From Bacilli bacterium (GTDB lineage Bacteria; Bacillota_I; Bacilli_A; ML615J-28; CAG-698), in assembly GCA_050174575.1 (NCBI GenBank), contig JBFXJT010000001.1:55276-119275 (forward strand): a stretch of DNA of 64,000 nt, read 5' to 3'. A program made the position numbers and the translations under genes. Below, piece after piece: positions 60,489-64,000 of the stretch (position 1 is the stretch's first letter; every line of letters starts with the position of its first letter). The notes beneath the pieces were generated by a model, which worked only from the letters and a program-made list of their open reading frames with translations, ran no database searches and was not told where the DNA came from.

Positions 60489-60848
60489 TTACTTTCCTTC
60501 AGGTTTTTTGACTGCTTTAACGGTGGACTTTACTTCAGACTTTGTTTCTTTAGTAACTTTCCCAGCGCCTTTTTTGGCCTCTTTTAAGGCCTTTGTTTCT
60601 TTACGGACAGCTTTTGGTTTTGCTTCAGCTTTTGCTTCAACAGCTTCTTCTTTTTCTGCCGTTTCTTTAACTTTAATCTCTTTTACAAGCTTTCCATCAT
60701 AGTAACCACATTCTTTACAAACGGTGTGAGCTAATTTCATTTCCCCACAATTAGGGCAAACCATCATTCCTGGTAACTCTAATTTAAAATGTGTGCGACG
60801 AAGGCGTTTTCTAGTTTTGGAAATTCTTCTCTGAGGGACAATTGCCAT
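60489..60848 (-). CDS. rpmF: 50S ribosomal protein L32 with an unusual ~60-aa Lys/Ala/Glu-rich C-terminal extension
   Basis: N-terminal 58 aa [53 protein letters not shown] match the Bacillus-type L32 zinc ribbon; the remaining ~60 aa are [23 protein letters not shown]... low-complexity basic tail. Confidence 0.8.
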   Translation of the reverse strand: MAIVPQRRISKTRKRLRRTHFKLELPGMMVCPNCGEMKLAHTVCKECGYYDGKLVKEIKVKETAEKEEAVEAKAEAKPKAVRKETKALKEAKKGAGKVTKETKSEVKSTVKAVKKPEGK

Positions 60849-60867
60849 TTCTTCTTTTCACCTCTTT

Positions 60868-61266
60868 TTAGTTTTGATTATTAAGGATTTCTTCTTTTAC
60901 AACACGAATAGGCTTTTCTAAATAAATATCTTCCCATACAATTGGCCTTAGGTCAATAGTATTTTTTTCGATAAGGCGAGAATCATCGTCATACATTTGC
61001 GTATCAAATACCTCAGTAATTGTATAATCAATGGGGTAAATAACTGGCTCAAGTGTTCTTGAATCTTCTAATGTCATATTGCCAACAATATGAAGTTCAA
61101 AAGAAAAGCGGTCGTCAAACAAATGTTGACCTTTTCCATTGACCTTAATCTCGGAAATCGCTAAGACATATTCAAAATTACTAATTTCTAAAGAAAAATC
61201 ATAAGTTGTCTCAAAGTAAAAAGGTCGGTCCAAAAATTTGTGAAGTTGTTGTAAAGACCATTTCAT
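60868..61266 (-). CDS. YceD/YlbN-family DUF177 protein (large-subunit rRNA accumulation)
   Basis: Begins MKWSLQQL like B. subtilis YlbN; conserved yceD-rpmF adjacency. Confidence 0.75.
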   Translation of the reverse strand: MKWSLQQLHKFLDRPFYFETTYDFSLEISNFEYVLAISEIKVNGKGQHLFDDRFSFELHIVGNMTLEDSRTLEPVIYPIDYTITEVFDTQMYDDDSRLIEKNTIDLRPIVWEDIYLEKPIRVVKEEILNNQN

Positions 61267-61335
61267 AAAAACACCTAATAATCTTTAATTATTATACTCT
61301 TTTTTAATCTAAATGTCAATTAAAATATATTTAGA

Positions 61336-62574
61336 TTATTCTTGCAAATGACCGATAGCCTGTTTTATTCTTAAAGCTAACCCATCAACATCATTAAGAG
61401 CTACTGAACAAAGAGCAACACGAACTGAACTCTCAAATGGTAACAAATATAATTTAGCATTATTTTTTAAAAGTTCCAACGCTAAATCACGATCTTTACA
61501 TGGGATTGTTACAAAAAAACCACCATGATATGGGAAGGTAATTAAATTAATGGCTTTTGCTTGTTCAAGGAACAATTGTGAACGTTTTTTTATTGTCCCA
61601 ACAACACCATTCAATTCTTTTAAATAAGCTTCTTTTAATTCTTTATCCTTGTTCATGCCAATAATTAAATTAATTAATCCTTTATTACAATTTGACCAAT
61701 TATTACGTGCTGTAAAATTTGCGGCATTGTACAAATCATTGACCATCTCTTGGTCCTTACCAATTAAAATTTGTGCTCCTAATCTTTGTCCATAAGCTGC
61801 AAATGATTTTGATGCGCTAAAAGCTATTCCGACGACAGTATTAGCATCTAGTCGTTCGAGTAAACCAAATCTTTGGCGGATCGTTAAACGGCTTTCATAT
61901 GCGAAATCTAAATATGCGGCATCATAAATCAATAATGTTGGAACATTTTTAAAATTAATATAATTGATGATTGTTTGTAACTCTTCGCTATTGAGTGTAT
62001 ATCCCGTGGGATTATTGCACGGATCATTAATAATGGTAACTAACTTGCCTTCTCGTTCGATTATTTTGTCAGCTGATTCCATAAAACCATTTAAATTAAA
62101 TTTATTATTTTTAAAAAATGAGTATTTTTCAATCTTTAAATTACGATTTTGGGCAATTCCAGTATAAGGTCCCCATGATAAATTTGGGAACAAAAGTGTT
62201 TCTCCTTCATCTAAACTGTTCGCAACTAAACTATTTAAAGCTCCCGTTCCACCTGGAGTTGGAATAGCTTTAATTAAAGCGGTTTTTTCTAAAGTTTGTC
62301 TTTCACTACCAAGAACCCAATTAATAACAGCATCAGCAAATTCAAGACCACCATCACTCGTTGAATAATCAAAGACTAAATCATCTGGCAAATTATGTAA
62401 ATATTTTTTTACTGTTGGAAATGTTTTAAATTCGTGTTCTTCATTCAAATAAATACCAAGTGTACAATCAATAACTGATGGATCATTTTTTTTGGCATTT
62501 TTTGCAGCTGTAGAAATTTGGAAAGCATCACCTTTTAAAATTTTACCTTGAGCATGTTTTGCTAAAATCTTCAT
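61336..62574 (-). CDS. PLP-dependent class I aminotransferase (aspartate/aromatic aminotransferase type)
   Basis: 412 aa; PLP-lysine motif SASKSFAAYGQRLG (cf. SxSKxFGxYGxRxG). Confidence 0.75.
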   Translation of the reverse strand: MKILAKHAQGKILKGDAFQISTAAKNAKKNDPSVIDCTLGIYLNEEHEFKTFPTVKKYLHNLPDDLVFDYSTSDGGLEFADAVINWVLGSERQTLEKTALIKAIPTPGGTGALNSLVANSLDEGETLLFPNLSWGPYTGIAQNRNLKIEKYSFFKNNKFNLNGFMESADKIIEREGKLVTIINDPCNNPTGYTLNSEELQTIINYINFKNVPTLLIYDAAYLDFAYESRLTIRQRFGLLERLDANTVVGIAFSASKSFAAYGQRLGAQILIGKDQEMVNDLYNAANFTARNNWSNCNKGLINLIIGMNKDKELKEAYLKELNGVVGTIKKRSQLFLEQAKAINLITFPYHGGFFVTIPCKDRDLALELLKNNAKLYLLPFESSVRVALCSVALNDVDGLALRIKQAIGHLQE

Positions 62575-62582
62575 TTTCTCTC

Positions 62583-63125
62583 CTATTTTTGTAAATTAAT
62601 TAACTCATTTCGATATTTTGATAATAATACTAGTGTTTTCGCATCACAAATTTCATTATTGTCAACCATTTTATAAACGGTATTAATGTCAATTGGAATA
62701 ACTTCTAAAAATTCATCCTTATCTAAATGATTCATTGTTAGCTCAAAATCCTTTGTAAAATAAAGGTATATTTTTTCACTTGTATAACCTGGAGATGGAA
62801 ATATGACACCTGCCTTTTGAATTGATCGGACTTTTGCACCTATTTCTTCTTCCAACTCACGAATAATTGTCATATCTGGCGTCTCGCCTTCTTCAATTTT
62901 ACCTGCGGGCAATTCTAAAACAAAATCATCAAAAGCAATTCGGTATTGTTTAACGAACAATATTTGGTAATCGTTCGAAACAACTAATCCACAAACACCA
63001 CCATGATGTTCGATTACTTCTCGATGTCCTAAATCGCCACTGGGTAAACGGACATCATCAATTCGTAAATTGAGCACTTTTCCTTGATAAAGATAATTTT
63101 GAGAAACAGTTTCTTCTTTTTTCAT
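62583..63125 (-). CDS. NUDIX hydrolase (ADP-ribose pyrophosphatase-like)
   Basis: Nudix box GKIEEGETPDMTIIRELEEEIG. Confidence 0.8.
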   Translation of the reverse strand: MKKEETVSQNYLYQGKVLNLRIDDVRLPSGDLGHREVIEHHGGVCGLVVSNDYQILFVKQYRIAFDDFVLELPAGKIEEGETPDMTIIRELEEEIGAKVRSIQKAGVIFPSPGYTSEKIYLYFTKDFELTMNHLDKDEFLEVIPIDINTVYKMVDNNEICDAKTLVLLSKYRNELINLQK

Positions 63126-63132
63126 AATTCAC

Positions 63133-63702
63133 CTATTTTAATAATTGATATATTCTTTCAAAGCCTTCTCTTTTTTCCGAGGAAGTTACAACTAGTTCGC
63201 TTTCAGTTATGTTCATTTTTTCATAAATATATTTTAAATGACGATATAGCAGGGTAGTTCCAATTTTATCAGCTTTAGTTGAAACAATTGTAAATGGAAT
63301 ATTTAAATAACGTAAATAATTCAGCATTAAAAGGTCATCTTCCGTCGGTCCTATTTTGGTATCAATAAGCAGGAAAGCCCTTATTAAATTTATGTTATTA
63401 ATTAAATATTGGTCAATTAATGAACCAAAAGTGGTAATTTTTTCACGGCCTTGTTTCACATAACCATAACCGGGGGCATCAACTAAAAAAAACTTTTTGT
63501 TTATCAAAAAGAAATTCATGGTTTTTGTTTTACCTGGAACTTGTGAAGTGTATGCAAGTTTTTTTTGATTAGTAAGAGCATTGATAAAACTGCTTTTCCC
63601 AACATTAGATCTTCCTAAAAAAACAAACTCTGGAAGATGATTTGTATTGGGATATTGCTCTTTTGAAACGGCGCTAATAATGTATTCACAACTATTAAAC
63701 AT
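63133..63702 (-). CDS. engB: Ribosome biogenesis GTP-binding protein EngB/YsxC
   Basis: G1 GRSNVGKSS, G3 DAPGYG, G4 TKADK. Confidence 0.85.
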   Translation of the reverse strand: MFNSCEYIISAVSKEQYPNTNHLPEFVFLGRSNVGKSSFINALTNQKKLAYTSQVPGKTKTMNFFLINKKFFLVDAPGYGYVKQGREKITTFGSLIDQYLINNINLIRAFLLIDTKIGPTEDDLLMLNYLRYLNIPFTIVSTKADKIGTTLLYRHLKYIYEKMNITESELVVTSSEKREGFERIYQLLK

Positions 63703-63740
63703 TTTTCACCTTTACTAGGATGTAATAATTTTAAATTTAA

Positions 63741-64000
63741 AAGGAATGTATTCTGTAAGCCTTGTTCTGTTCTTCTTTCGAAGTGGTAATCATTTATCTC
63801 TGCTTTCGCAGTCTTGAATCCGTTTGATTCCATCATCAAGATTCCCCTACCAAAATTTGGGTTTCTAGCTTATGGGGTTTACCCGTTCCACTCCACTTAT
63901 TTCTAAGTGGCATCGTCACTGTGGCACTTTATAAAAACGCACCATTTAACAGGTTTTTGTTTTTGCCATCGCTTTCCAAAGCGTCCTAACTTATGAATTC
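63741..64000 (-). ncRNA. rnpB: RNase P RNA, type B (partial; 5' end lies beyond the window)
   Basis: Minus strand contains AAGTGCCACAGTGACGA, GGAACGGGTAAACCCC, AGAAACCCAAATTTTGGTAGGGGAA and ACAGAACAAGGCTTACAGAA. These match the universally conserved CR-II/III/IV/V blocks and the Bacillus-type (type B) RNase P RNA nearly base for base. Confidence 0.88.

Noticed and set aside
63615-63839. 74-aa minus-strand ORF overlapping the 3' end of rnpB and the engB start
   Set aside because: It lies inside the RNase P RNA gene, has no RBS, and its amino-acid composition is driven by the conserved RNA sequence.

Overview
This is a low-GC (~30%) Firmicutes- or Mollicutes-like chromosomal segment. It is almost entirely core housekeeping genes, mostly on the minus strand, and large blocks keep Bacillus-subtilis-like gene order. 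Those blocks are aspS-hisS with a T-box leader, recN-dxs-ispA-xseB-xseA-nusB, apt-relA-dtd, hrcA-grpE-dnaK-dnaJ with CIRCE, the yqeG-yqeH-yqeK-rsfS cluster, glcK plus its MBL partner, yrrM-yrrN-yrrO (tRNA mo5U), valS (T-box)-folC-radC, mraZ-rsmH, yceD-rpmF, and a partial type-B RNase P RNA at the 3' edge of the window. No CRISPR array, prophage or recognisable defence island is visible. Several lineage-specific or accessory-looking insertions sit inside this backbone. (1) A three-gene operon at 15.2-20.3 kb encodes a large TPR-GAF-PAS protein with apparently degenerate GGDEF/EAL domains plus two tandem paralogous membrane proteins of unknown family, with its own promoter and terminator. (2) A predicted lipoprotein fuses BspA-type leucine-rich repeats to an SGNH/GDSL hydrolase domain. 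(3) An IS481-family transposase N-terminal HTH remnant, with its own promoter and RBS, abuts ispG. (4) The L32 ribosomal protein carries a ~60-residue Lys/Ala/Glu-rich C-terminal tail. (5) The dcw cluster stops after mraZ-rsmH and is followed instead by a proline-rich 17-codon uORF and a long hairpin in front of nadD-nadE. (6) An orphan Rgg/RNPP-like XRE-TPR regulator sits next to two small metalloprotease genes (DUF45/YgjP-like and M50). All functional calls rest on motif recognition and synteny; no database searches were run.
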